DNA of 64,000 nucleotides, taken from assembly GCA_017468205.1 (NCBI GenBank), contig JAFUJK010000013.1, positions 2,020 through 66,019 on the forward strand, given 5' to 3'. Made by a program: the position numbers and the translations under genes. The stretch comes from Clostridia bacterium. GTDB taxonomy: Bacteria > Bacillota > Clostridia > Christensenellales > UBA1242. The notes under the pieces are model-generated. The model saw only the letters and a list, made by a program, of their open reading frames with translations, was not told the DNA's origin and did not search any database. Of the stretch, positions 36,370 through 44,993 are shown one piece after another (position 1 is the stretch's first letter; each line of letters begins with the position of its first letter).

Positions 36370-37466
36370 AATTATTAGCGTTAAATACAGCAGGAAAAGA
36401 TACGCAAATCGCTTTTGTTTTAGAAGAGCGCGAGATTGTGAAATCGGCAGGCTTTTCTCGTCATAGCGAAACGCTTTTTCCATTGTTGAATGAACTAAAA
36501 GAAGAAAATAACATCAACCTTTCTGACCTTGATGCATTGGTGTGTGTGATTGGGCCTGGCTCTTTTACTGGAATCCGTATTGGAATGAGTGTGGTTAAAG
36601 GTTTTGCTCTTGCATTAAATAAGCCGATTATTGCAATTAATTCGCTTGAATTGTTGGCTTACAATAGGATAGACAGCGCAAAAAATCCAATTTGCGCAGT
36701 AATAAATGCAGGTGCTGGGCTTGTGTATCATCAAACTTTTGTAAAAAATGGAGCAAGGCTTGAACAAATTGTTGCGCCACGTGTGGATAAATTTGAGCAT
36801 TTTGTGGGATATTTAAAGGCAAATTATAATGGTGAAGTTGACATTATTTATAACCATAATGGCGAGAAAGGGACGAATTTTGCCGACTCGTTGGGCGAAA
36901 GCGAGGAATATAAACTTGACAGCCTTGTGGCAATTTCAAAATATAAGTTTGAAGCGAAAGAATTTACTGACGCAGTCAATGCTTCACCCTTGTATTTGCG
37001 TGTTAGCCAAGCCGAGCAAATGATTGGCGATTTTGAGTTAAAACGCGCCAGTTTAGAGGATATTAATGACATTTTGACTCTTGAAAGTCAAGGCGATGAA
37101 TGGGATTTAAGTTGGAACGAAACTGCTGTGCGTCAGAGTTTTGATAACCCAAACTATCGTTGTTTTTTGGGTAGGGCTAATGGCGAAGTCAAAGCGCTAG
37201 TGGCTGTTATGCTAGTCGCTGGAGAAGCCGAAATTTTGCGTGTTGTGGTGCATCGTAGCGTGAGACTTATGGGTGTGGCAACTAAAATGCTGAATGCATT
37301 AATTGAAGAATTAAGAGTAAATTGCAAAACTATATTTTTAGAAGTAAACTCATTAAACTTCCCAGCATACTCTTTGTATAAAAAATTAGGGTTTAGTGAA
37401 GTTGGTAGACGCGCCGACTATTACAAAAAAGGCGAAGATGCTGTGCTAATGCGTCGCGATTTATAG
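36366..37466 (+). CDS. tsaB: TsaB (t6A dimerisation subunit) fused to a RimI-type GNAT acetyltransferase
   Basis: The N-terminal half has GPGSFTGIRIG (M22/TsaB). The C-terminal ~150 aa has a GNAT core (ILRVVVHRSVRLMGVATKMLNALIEE ... A..LYKKLGF). Confidence 0.8.
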   Translation: MKLLALNTAGKDTQIAFVLEEREIVKSAGFSRHSETLFPLLNELKEENNINLSDLDALVCVIGPGSFTGIRIGMSVVKGFALALNKPIIAINSLELLAYNRIDSAKNPICAVINAGAGLVYHQTFVKNGARLEQIVAPRVDKFEHFVGYLKANYNGEVDIIYNHNGEKGTNFADSLGESEEYKLDSLVAISKYKFEAKEFTDAVNASPLYLRVSQAEQMIGDFELKRASLEDINDILTLESQGDEWDLSWNETAVRQSFDNPNYRCFLGRANGEVKALVAVMLVAGEAEILRVVVHRSVRLMGVATKMLNALIEELRVNCKTIFLEVNSLNFPAYSLYKKLGFSEVGRRADYYKKGEDAVLMRRDL

Positions 37467-37506
37467 CAAAATTTGATGTTTTGGCATATATATCCACGAG
37501 GTGATT

Positions 37507-38229
37507 ATGCCAAGTTTTCTAGGAATGAATTATGTTGCGTCAGGCGCGGGGTCTTGTGTTTTGTTGTTACACGGCTGGGGTTCGGACTTGACTTGTTGGA
37601 ATAGAGTACGCGCAGAACTTGAAAACGATTTTGAAGTTTTTGCGATTGATTTTTGGGGCTTTGGTCAAAGCGAATTGCCGAAAGAAAGCGCAGGGATTTA
37701 TGATTATGCGGAAGCAATAAAGCAATTCGTTGAAAAGGTTATAAGAAAACCTGTTTGCATTGTTGGGCATAGTTTTGGTGGACGCGTGGCTTTGATACTT
37801 GCGGGAAAATGTTCCTTTGTGTCCGATGTCGTTTTGGTTGACAGCGCTGGACTTCGTCCCAAATTAACATTAAAGCAAAAGCGAAAACAAAATAAATATA
37901 AAAAGATGAAAGCAAAAGTGTTAGCAGGCGAGGTCGATGAAAGCGAACTAAATAAGTTTGGTTCAAAGGATTACAAGGCACTTAATGCTGTTATGAGAGG
38001 GGTTTTTGTCCGCGTTGTTAATGAAGATTTGACGAGTTTTGCTAGAAAGGTTACTCAACGAACTTTGCTGATTTGGGGGCGTTCGGACAAGGATACCCCA
38101 ATGTATATGGCGCACAAATTTCGCAAATTGATAGAACGAAGCGAACTGGTTACACTCAATGGCGGTCATTTTAGTTTCATTGACGACCATAATGCTTTTA
38201 TGAGAGCGGTGTACAATTTTATTAAGTAA
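37507..38229 (+). CDS. Alpha/beta-fold hydrolase
   Basis: Nucleophile elbow GHSFGG and HGWG oxyanion region. C-terminal GGHF. Confidence 0.8.
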   Translation: MPSFLGMNYVASGAGSCVLLLHGWGSDLTCWNRVRAELENDFEVFAIDFWGFGQSELPKESAGIYDYAEAIKQFVEKVIRKPVCIVGHSFGGRVALILAGKCSFVSDVVLVDSAGLRPKLTLKQKRKQNKYKKMKAKVLAGEVDESELNKFGSKDYKALNAVMRGVFVRVVNEDLTSFARKVTQRTLLIWGRSDKDTPMYMAHKFRKLIERSELVTLNGGHFSFIDDHNAFMRAVYNFIK

Positions 38230-38238
38230 GGTGAAGCG

Positions 38239-39870
38239 ATGATAGATTTTTTTGACTTTTCAAACTGGCATTTTTACATAGCTTTGATGATTTCGCTTAT
38301 CAACTCGATTGTGATGTGCTTGGAGGGCTATAAGTTCTTGCAGGTTATCCAGTTGTCAGGCTATCATACCCGAGGCTATTTTGAGTGGTTCAAAGGCTCG
38401 GGCGGTATGTATGTCGGCAGGCTCGCGATGGTTACGATTCTGTCGTGCTTGTGTTTGATTGTAACAAATGTAATTTTAGATGGATATAATGAATATTTGT
38501 CTTATCTAGGACTAATTTTTTACTTGTTGTTTAGTTATATTTATATTATAAATGTGCATTTTGCGCCAAAGAAAACTCCACTTAAAATGACAAATCGAAT
38601 GAATAGAGCGGTGATTTTATTGTTTATTTTGTGTTTCGCCGTGTCGTTTGGTTTGATAATTCTTTCAAGTTTGTTTTTAAGTTTCTTCCGATTTGGTGCT
38701 GTTGCGCTTTCGCCGTTGCTTATCCCTGTGCTTGTGCCTTTCGTCCACTGGTTATTAAAGCCAATTGAAAGTTCGATTAGTCGTGGTTATGTAAAGCGCG
38801 CGAAAAAGAAGTTAAATCAGCATTCAAAATTAATCAAAATTGGAATTACTGGAAGTTTTGGAAAAACAAGTACAAAGAATTTTCTTGCAACTATTCTTTC
38901 AGAAAAGTATAGCGTATGCGCTACACCATTTAATTTTAATACGCCAATGGGCATTACAAAAACAATTTTGCAAAATTTGACCATCGGGCATCAAGTGCTG
39001 ATTGCTGAAATGGGGGCAAGACAAATGGGCGATATTCGCGAACTTTGTGAACTTGTCGAGCCTAAATATGGAATTTTAACTTCTGTTGGGGCTCAACATA
39101 TCGCAACGTTTAAGTCCCTTGAAAATGTAAAACGCACAAAGTCAGAATTGCCTGATTATTTGGGCGAAAACGGCTTCTGCGTGTTTAATGCCGATTGTGA
39201 GTATGTGGAAGAAATTGCTCAAAAAAGTAAATGTCGCAAATGCTGTGTTTCAATTAGCAATATTGCAGATATTTGGGCAAGTGATATTGAAACATCAAGC
39301 GCTGGAACGAAATTTTTGTTGCATATAGGCAATGAAGAATTGAGTTGCAACACAAAATTACTTGGACTTCACAACATCACTAATTTGGTGCTGTGTGTTG
39401 CTATTGCAAAAGAATTGGGACTTAATAACGAGCAAATTTTGGCGGGAATTGCAAAGGTTAGTCCAGTAGAACATCGCTTGCAGTTGATTAATGCGGAAAA
39501 TGATGTTGTAATTTTAGATGATACGTATAACGCAAGTATTGAAGGTAGTCAGCGCGCACTTGAAGTGCTTGAAATGTTTGAGGAGCGTAGAAAAATAGTA
39601 ATAACGCCGGGGCTTGTCGAGTTGGGAACGCTCGAAAGATTGGAAAATTATAACTTTGGGACAAGAATTGGAAAAGTTGCTGACATTGTCGTGATTGTGA
39701 ATAAAAGTAATTATCTTTCAATTAAGCAAGGTTTGCTCGATAGCGGTTTTGACGAAACCAAGATATACGAGGCGGAAAATTTGCTCGCAACACAGGAAGT
39801 ACTGAAAGATGTTCTTATGCCAAAAGATGTAATTCTATGGGAAAATGATTTGCCTGATAATTATATTTAA
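38239..39870 (+). CDS. murF: UDP-MurNAc-tripeptide--D-alanyl-D-alanine ligase (MurF) with a ~180 aa polytopic membrane N-terminal extension
   Basis: Mur ligase P-loop GITGSFGKTSTKNF. DDTYNAS in the C-terminal domain. Adjacent to ddl. The first ~175 aa contain about five hydrophobic helices. Confidence 0.8.
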   Translation: MIDFFDFSNWHFYIALMISLINSIVMCLEGYKFLQVIQLSGYHTRGYFEWFKGSGGMYVGRLAMVTILSCLCLIVTNVILDGYNEYLSYLGLIFYLLFSYIYIINVHFAPKKTPLKMTNRMNRAVILLFILCFAVSFGLIILSSLFLSFFRFGAVALSPLLIPVLVPFVHWLLKPIESSISRGYVKRAKKKLNQHSKLIKIGITGSFGKTSTKNFLATILSEKYSVCATPFNFNTPMGITKTILQNLTIGHQVLIAEMGARQMGDIRELCELVEPKYGILTSVGAQHIATFKSLENVKRTKSELPDYLGENGFCVFNADCEYVEEIAQKSKCRKCCVSISNIADIWASDIETSSAGTKFLLHIGNEELSCNTKLLGLHNITNLVLCVAIAKELGLNNEQILAGIAKVSPVEHRLQLINAENDVVILDDTYNASIEGSQRALEVLEMFEERRKIVITPGLVELGTLERLENYNFGTRIGKVADIVVIVNKSNYLSIKQGLLDSGFDETKIYEAENLLATQEVLKDVLMPKDVILWENDLPDNYI

Positions 39871-39951
39871 TAAAAAAGAGGTAATCCCTCTTTTTTCACT
39901 TTTTAGTTGATATTTGCATATAAAATATGTAGTTTTTGTGAGGGGGCAAGT

Positions 39952-41046
39952 ATGCAAAATATTGCGGTTGTATTTGGTGGGCGGACGGTTGAGCATGACA
40001 TTTCAATCATTACAGGTCTGGGAATAATTAAAAATATTAGTTCAAAATTTAATGTAATTCCGATTTACATTACCCGTTCGGGAGAGTGGATAACTGGCGA
40101 ACATTTGGGGAATGCGGAATGTTATAATACGGAACCAAAAGGCAAAATTTGTGGGTTGGTTATGAATGAACCTTGGCTTGAAATTAAGGGCTGGAAAAAG
40201 CGAAAAATTTTCATAGATTGTGCAGTTCTTGCGCTTCATGGCGGGGAATATGAGGGAGGGGCAGTTGCGGGCTTATTTTCTCTTTCTCACATTCCCACGA
40301 CTTCGGCTGGGGTGCTTGGGAGTAGCTTATGTATGGATAAAGTGGCAACAAAGCGCATATTAGAAAGTTTGAAAATTGAAACTCCAAATTACGTTTGGGG
40401 AACTGATTGTGCCGAGATTGTAAAAAACGTTGAAAACAGTGAACTAAATTATCCGCTTATTGTTAAACCCGCGCGCGCTGGTAGTAGTATTGGAATAACG
40501 AAAATCAAAGATAACAAAAGCCTCAAAAAAGCAATCGAATATGCTCAAAATTTTGATAAAAAAGTTATTATAGAACAGTGCATAATGGATTTTCGCGAAC
40601 TCAATATTTCAGCAATCAAAATTAAAGACGAAATTAAATGTTCGAGTATTGAGGAAGTGGCGACTACGGGGCTATTTGGCTTTGAACAAAAGTATATGAA
40701 TGACAAAAATACAAAGCGCAAAGTGCCAGCAGATTTGCCAAAGTGGGTGGTAGAAAAAGTGGAGGAAATTGCAAAAAAAGTCTATGCCGAATTTGATTTG
40801 GCGGGGGTGGTTCGAATTGATTTTTTATTTGCTGATGACATAGTTTATCTAAATGAAATTAATACAATTCCGGGAAGTTTTGCATTCTACCTTTGGCGAG
40901 ATAAAGGGGTAAGTTTTGGTAAGTTAATTTCGCTTGCAATAAACGAGGCGATAGAACAAAATTTGGCTCAAAAAAACATCACTTATGAATACAACTCCAA
41001 TGTTCTCGCTGACCTTGGCTCAATAGATAAAATAGTCGAAAAATAG
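39952..41046 (+). CDS. ddl: D-alanine--D-alanine ligase
   Basis: VVFGGRTVEHDISI N-terminus and ATP-grasp motifs (PLIVKPARAGSSIGI, NEINTIPG). The ATG at 39952 is preferred over the TTG at 39907. Confidence 0.88.
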   Translation: MQNIAVVFGGRTVEHDISIITGLGIIKNISSKFNVIPIYITRSGEWITGEHLGNAECYNTEPKGKICGLVMNEPWLEIKGWKKRKIFIDCAVLALHGGEYEGGAVAGLFSLSHIPTTSAGVLGSSLCMDKVATKRILESLKIETPNYVWGTDCAEIVKNVENSELNYPLIVKPARAGSSIGITKIKDNKSLKKAIEYAQNFDKKVIIEQCIMDFRELNISAIKIKDEIKCSSIEEVATTGLFGFEQKYMNDKNTKRKVPADLPKWVVEKVEEIAKKVYAEFDLAGVVRIDFLFADDIVYLNEINTIPGSFAFYLWRDKGVSFGKLISLAINEAIEQNLAQKNITYEYNSNVLADLGSIDKIVEK

Positions 41047-41086
41047 GTGCTATGCATATACTATGCGCGTTATTTTGCGCATAGTT
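41046..41086 (+). repeat. Triple 12-mer repeat element, copy B (starts at the ddl stop codon)
   Basis: ggtgc TATGCATATAC TATGCGCGTTAT TTTGCGCATAGT. Confidence 0.8.
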
Positions 41087-41147
41087 TAGTGCTTTTTATG
41101 GGGTAAAATAATTATTTAAGTATAAAAAAAGAGTAGAGAATTTTTCT

Positions 41148-41354
41148 CTAATCTTCCAATCCTACAAGATATTCTAATGTAACATCAAAGTATTGAGCGA
41201 TTTTCACAACATAACTAATTTTAGGCTCATTTATGCCTTTTTCCCAAAAGTCGACCGCTTTTTGAGTTGCTCCTATATTATGTGCAAGAGTGAGTTGCGA
41301 AATTCCTTTTTCTTGCCTCAGTTCTTTTAATCGTATACAAAAAATTTCAATCAT
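41148..41354 (-). CDS. XRE-family HTH transcriptional regulator
   Basis: LKELRQEKGISQLTLAHNIGATQKAVDFWEKG. Confidence 0.8.
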   Translation of the reverse strand: MIEIFCIRLKELRQEKGISQLTLAHNIGATQKAVDFWEKGINEPKISYVVKIAQYFDVTLEYLVGLED

Positions 41355-41387
41355 AACTTCATTATAGTAGAAAAATACTAAAAAAAC

Positions 41388-41416
41388 TTGACAAAGTAGA
41401 ACTCTACTTATATAAT
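41388..41416 (+). promoter_or_regulatory. Consensus promoter (TTGACA-17-TATAAT) with an inverted repeat AGTAGA-ac-TCTACT in the spacer
   Basis: TTGACA at 41388..41393, TATAAT at 41411..41416, palindrome at 41395..41408. A related TAGTA-gaaaaa-TACTA lies at about 41366..41381. Confidence 0.6.
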
Positions 41417-41445
41417 ATTAAAAATTTTCAACAAAAGGGAAAAAA

Positions 41446-41772
41446 GTGAGCAAAGATTACTTAAGATTAGAAAAAGATGGTGTGTTGTATTATAAATTTT
41501 ATGGGAAAATTTTGGACAAAAATTTGAATGAAGTAAGTCAAAAGAAAGCCAAAGAAATTTCCGACATTTTATTCAAAGGGATAAAATTTGATAAATTCTC
41601 AAAGGAAAGATTAAAGGATTTAGTGGTGGAATTGAAATCTTTGGGGCAAATTTCACGGGCAATAGAGGCTTGCGAAGTATGTTTTAAAAGGTTTGGAGAT
41701 GATAGTAAATATATAGAGAGTATTTTGCCTGTATATCGTAGTTGTTGCCAAATAGAACAAAAAGACGGTTAG
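41446..41772 (+). CDS. Hypothetical protein (GTG start)
   Basis: 108 aa ORF downstream of the consensus promoter. No family recognised. Its 3' end overlaps the murG stop by 4 nt. Confidence 0.4.
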   Translation: MSKDYLRLEKDGVLYYKFYGKILDKNLNEVSQKKAKEISDILFKGIKFDKFSKERLKDLVVELKSLGQISRAIEACEVCFKRFGDDSKYIESILPVYRSCCQIEQKDG

Positions 41773-42836
41773 TCCGCCTTTTTATTTTTTAGAATTATGG
41801 AAAGGATTTTTTCAAGGCTATCTTTTGGGACTGCGTGGCGCGTTTGGGCGCGTATTAGTGGGGCGCGTTCGATTAGTTTTGTAAATGTTGAAGCGAGTGT
41901 ATCAGGTGTAAGTTCGCTTTCAAGTAAAGTGAGGGAGTAGCCCTTTTGTTCAAAATATTCGGCATTTTCAACTTGGTCGCCACGACTGCCTTTGGATAGC
42001 GGGATTATCAGCATTGGAATAGAATGTGCCAGCAATTCAAAAATCATATTAGACCCGCCACGCGTGATTGCGACATCGGCAATTTCAAGAAGTGCGGGCA
42101 TATTACTCACAAACTCCACTTGTGTGTATCCCTCGCGCTTGATTTCAGAATTTAACTTTCCTTTGCCTGTGATGTGTAGAACTTGGTGAGTTTTTAGGAG
42201 TGTATCAAGTGCGCCCCAAACATTTTTATTAATGCTTTCTGCGCCAAGACTTCCGCCGACAATTAGACATAGGGGCTTATCGCTATTGAGATTGTACATT
42301 TGTCGCGCACGCATTTTGTCTTGTTGCGATACAGCAGTGCAGGGCAGGGGTGCGCCAACATAAATACCATTTTTAAGTCTTTCTGCTGTATCTTTAAATG
42401 TTGTGCAAATTGCAGTGCTATAATTTTGGGTTAGTTTGTTCGCAAGCCCCAATGTGTAGTCGCTTTCGTGCGAAATGAGAGGAATATTTAACTTTTTGCT
42501 GGCAAGTGCAACAGGAACGGAAACAAACCCGCCTTTGCTGAAAATCACGCTTGGCTCAATCTCTTTAAGAAGGCGGATTGCTTGCTTTCGTCCTGTCATA
42601 AGTTTTGCTGGAATTAGTAAATTTTGTAGGCTTAAACTTCGCTTTAATTTTACGGTTTCAATAGGGAAAAACTCAATTTGAGGATACTCTGAAATTAATG
42701 CATGCTCAATTCCGTTCTTGCTACCAATGTATACAATACGGTCAAAATGTTCTAGGAGCAATGGCAGTAAATTTAGGTTAGGAATAACGTGTCCAGCCGT
42801 TCCGCCACCAGTCAAAACAATCGTGTTTTTAGCCAT
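41769..42836 (-). CDS. murG: Undecaprenyldiphospho-muramoylpentapeptide beta-N-acetylglucosaminyltransferase
   Basis: LTGGGTAGHVIPNL N-terminal motif, GT28 architecture, 355 aa. Confidence 0.88.
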   Translation of the reverse strand: MAKNTIVLTGGGTAGHVIPNLNLLPLLLEHFDRIVYIGSKNGIEHALISEYPQIEFFPIETVKLKRSLSLQNLLIPAKLMTGRKQAIRLLKEIEPSVIFSKGGFVSVPVALASKKLNIPLISHESDYTLGLANKLTQNYSTAICTTFKDTAERLKNGIYVGAPLPCTAVSQQDKMRARQMYNLNSDKPLCLIVGGSLGAESINKNVWGALDTLLKTHQVLHITGKGKLNSEIKREGYTQVEFVSNMPALLEIADVAITRGGSNMIFELLAHSIPMLIIPLSKGSRGDQVENAEYFEQKGYSLTLLESELTPDTLASTFTKLIERAPLIRAQTRHAVPKDSLEKILSIILKNKKAD

Positions 42837-43031
42837 AAAATTACCTCTTAAAGTGTTTTTGATAAATTTTAAAAATTTTTGAAAATGTTTCTAAATCTCA
42901 CATATATCCTTATAATTTTATGCAATTTTGGCGAAAAATATTAAAAAAAGTCTAAAATTATGCGTAAAATAATTTTTTATTTTTGTAGTTTTGTGCTAAA
43001 ATATAGGCTATAAAGCAAGAGGAGAATTATT

Positions 43032-44984
43032 TTGTCTAAAAGTTATGAGTCTAAAGATATCGTAGTTCTTGAAGGTCTTGATGCGGTGCGTATGCGCCCG
43101 GGTATGTACATCGGTACAACGGGACCAAAAGGACTTCACCACTTGTTGTGGGAAATTGTTGATAACTCGGTCGATGAGATTGCAAACGGCTTTGGTGATA
43201 CCATTACCGTTACATTAGAGGAGGACGGCAGTGCGCAGGTCGAGGATAACGGTCGCGGAATCCCTGTTGATATTCACCCTCAAATGAAAGTTAGTGGTGT
43301 GGAGGTTGTATTCACGCAGTTGCACGCGGGCGGTAAGTTTGGCAATGATAACTATGGCTTCTCGGGAGGTCTTCACGGTGTTGGTGCGTCGGTTACAAAT
43401 GCGCTTTCTCGCTGGTTAAGTGTTTCGGTTTTCCGTGAAGGATATGAATATGAAATGCAGTTTGAGAGCAAGGGAAGCGGTAGTAAAATTAAGAGCGGTG
43501 TAACTGTTGCACCACTTAAAAAAGTTGGGAAAACAACTAGAACAGGTACGCTCGTTCGCTTTATGCCTGATGATAGAGTTTTTGAGGACATTGTTTTTGA
43601 TTTGGAAACAGTATCAAAACGTTTACGCGAAATTGCGTTTTTGAACAAGGGTATTAGAATTATCCTTGTTGACGAGCGCAAACTAACCGATGGCGAGGCG
43701 TTTAAGCAGGAATTTAAGTATGACGGTGGTTTAAGTGACTTTGTTAAGTATCTTAATGAAAACAAAAGTACCGAGCATTCTAAACCAATTTATTTTGAAG
43801 CAAAGAGCGACCTAGTGCAAATTGCTTGTGCAATGCAGTACACCAATAGTTATACGGAAAATACGTTTAGTTATGTTAATAACATTCCAACAAGCGAGGG
43901 TGGTACGCACGAAACGGGATTGAAATCTGCAATAACCCACGCATTTAACGACCTTGGAAAACGCTATGGATTAATCAAGGATAAGGACCCGGCTCTTATT
44001 GGTGAGGACTATCGCGAGGGGCTTACAATCGTGCTAGCAATTAAGATGCGTAATGTTCAGTTTGAAGGTCAGACAAAGACAAAATTGGGTAACACCGAAA
44101 TTAAGCCAGAGGTTGAAAATCTTTCGTACGCGAAGTTGATGGAATTCTTTGACCAGAATGCAAACAAGAATATCCTTGAACTAGCAATTAACAAGGGTAA
44201 AAATGCGGCGAAAGTTCGTGAAGCAGCGAGAAAAGCAAAAGAAATCACTCGCGCTAAAAACAGCATTGAAAACAGTAACCTCGTGGGTAAGTTGAGCAGT
44301 TGCTCGGGAAGAAAAGCCGAACTTAATGAGTTGTTTATCGTTGAGGGTGATAGTGCGGGCGGAAGCGCAAAAATGGCGCGCGACAGAAGTTTCCAAGCGA
44401 TTTTACCACTTCGTGGTAAGCCTCTAAATGCAGAGAAGAAACGTCTTGCGCAAGTGCTTGCGAACGAGGAAATTCGCACAATCATAAGCGCACTTGGAAC
44501 AGGTATTGGTGAGGACTTTAATTTGTCGAACTTAAAATATCACAAAGTAATCATTTTGAGTGATGCCGACCAAGACGGTGCACACATTCGTGCAATTTTG
44601 CTAACATTCTTCTTTAGATATATGAAAGAACTTGTGTTAAATGGACACGTTTATATCGGGCTTCCACCGCTGTACAAAGTTGCAAAGCGCGACACTGTGG
44701 AATATGTGTATTCTGATGCAGAACTTCCAGAGGCTATTGAGCGTATTGGAAAAGGTTATACAATGCAACGTTACAAGGGTCTTGGTGAAATGAACCCAGA
44801 ACAACTTTGGGACACAACAATGGACCCAAAATCTCGCTCGTTGATGCGTGTTACACTTGAAGATGCTGCAAATGCAGAACTTATGATAACAACACTTATG
44901 GGCGATAATATTGAAGCGCGCAAGGCTTATATCAGCACGCACGCGAATTTTAACAAAGAAGATAATTTCAAGCCAGTAAATTAG
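43032..44984 (+). CDS. Type IIA DNA topoisomerase subunit B (GyrB/ParE family; cannot be assigned to gyrase or topo IV from sequence alone)
   Basis: GHKL ATPase motifs (LEGLDAVRMRPGMYIG, LHHLLWEIVDNSVDE, GGLHGVGASV). Toprim EGDSAGGS and PLRGK. TTG start with GAGGAG SD. Confidence 0.9.
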   Translation: MSKSYESKDIVVLEGLDAVRMRPGMYIGTTGPKGLHHLLWEIVDNSVDEIANGFGDTITVTLEEDGSAQVEDNGRGIPVDIHPQMKVSGVEVVFTQLHAGGKFGNDNYGFSGGLHGVGASVTNALSRWLSVSVFREGYEYEMQFESKGSGSKIKSGVTVAPLKKVGKTTRTGTLVRFMPDDRVFEDIVFDLETVSKRLREIAFLNKGIRIILVDERKLTDGEAFKQEFKYDGGLSDFVKYLNENKSTEHSKPIYFEAKSDLVQIACAMQYTNSYTENTFSYVNNIPTSEGGTHETGLKSAITHAFNDLGKRYGLIKDKDPALIGEDYREGLTIVLAIKMRNVQFEGQTKTKLGNTEIKPEVENLSYAKLMEFFDQNANKNILELAINKGKNAAKVREAARKAKEITRAKNSIENSNLVGKLSSCSGRKAELNELFIVEGDSAGGSAKMARDRSFQAILPLRGKPLNAEKKRLAQVLANEEIRTIISALGTGIGEDFNLSNLKYHKVIILSDADQDGAHIRAILLTFFFRYMKELVLNGHVYIGLPPLYKVAKRDTVEYVYSDAELPEAIERIGKGYTMQRYKGLGEMNPEQLWDTTMDPKSRSLMRVTLEDAANAELMITTLMGDNIEARKAYISTHANFNKEDNFKPVN

Positions 44985-44993
44985 GAGTAAATT

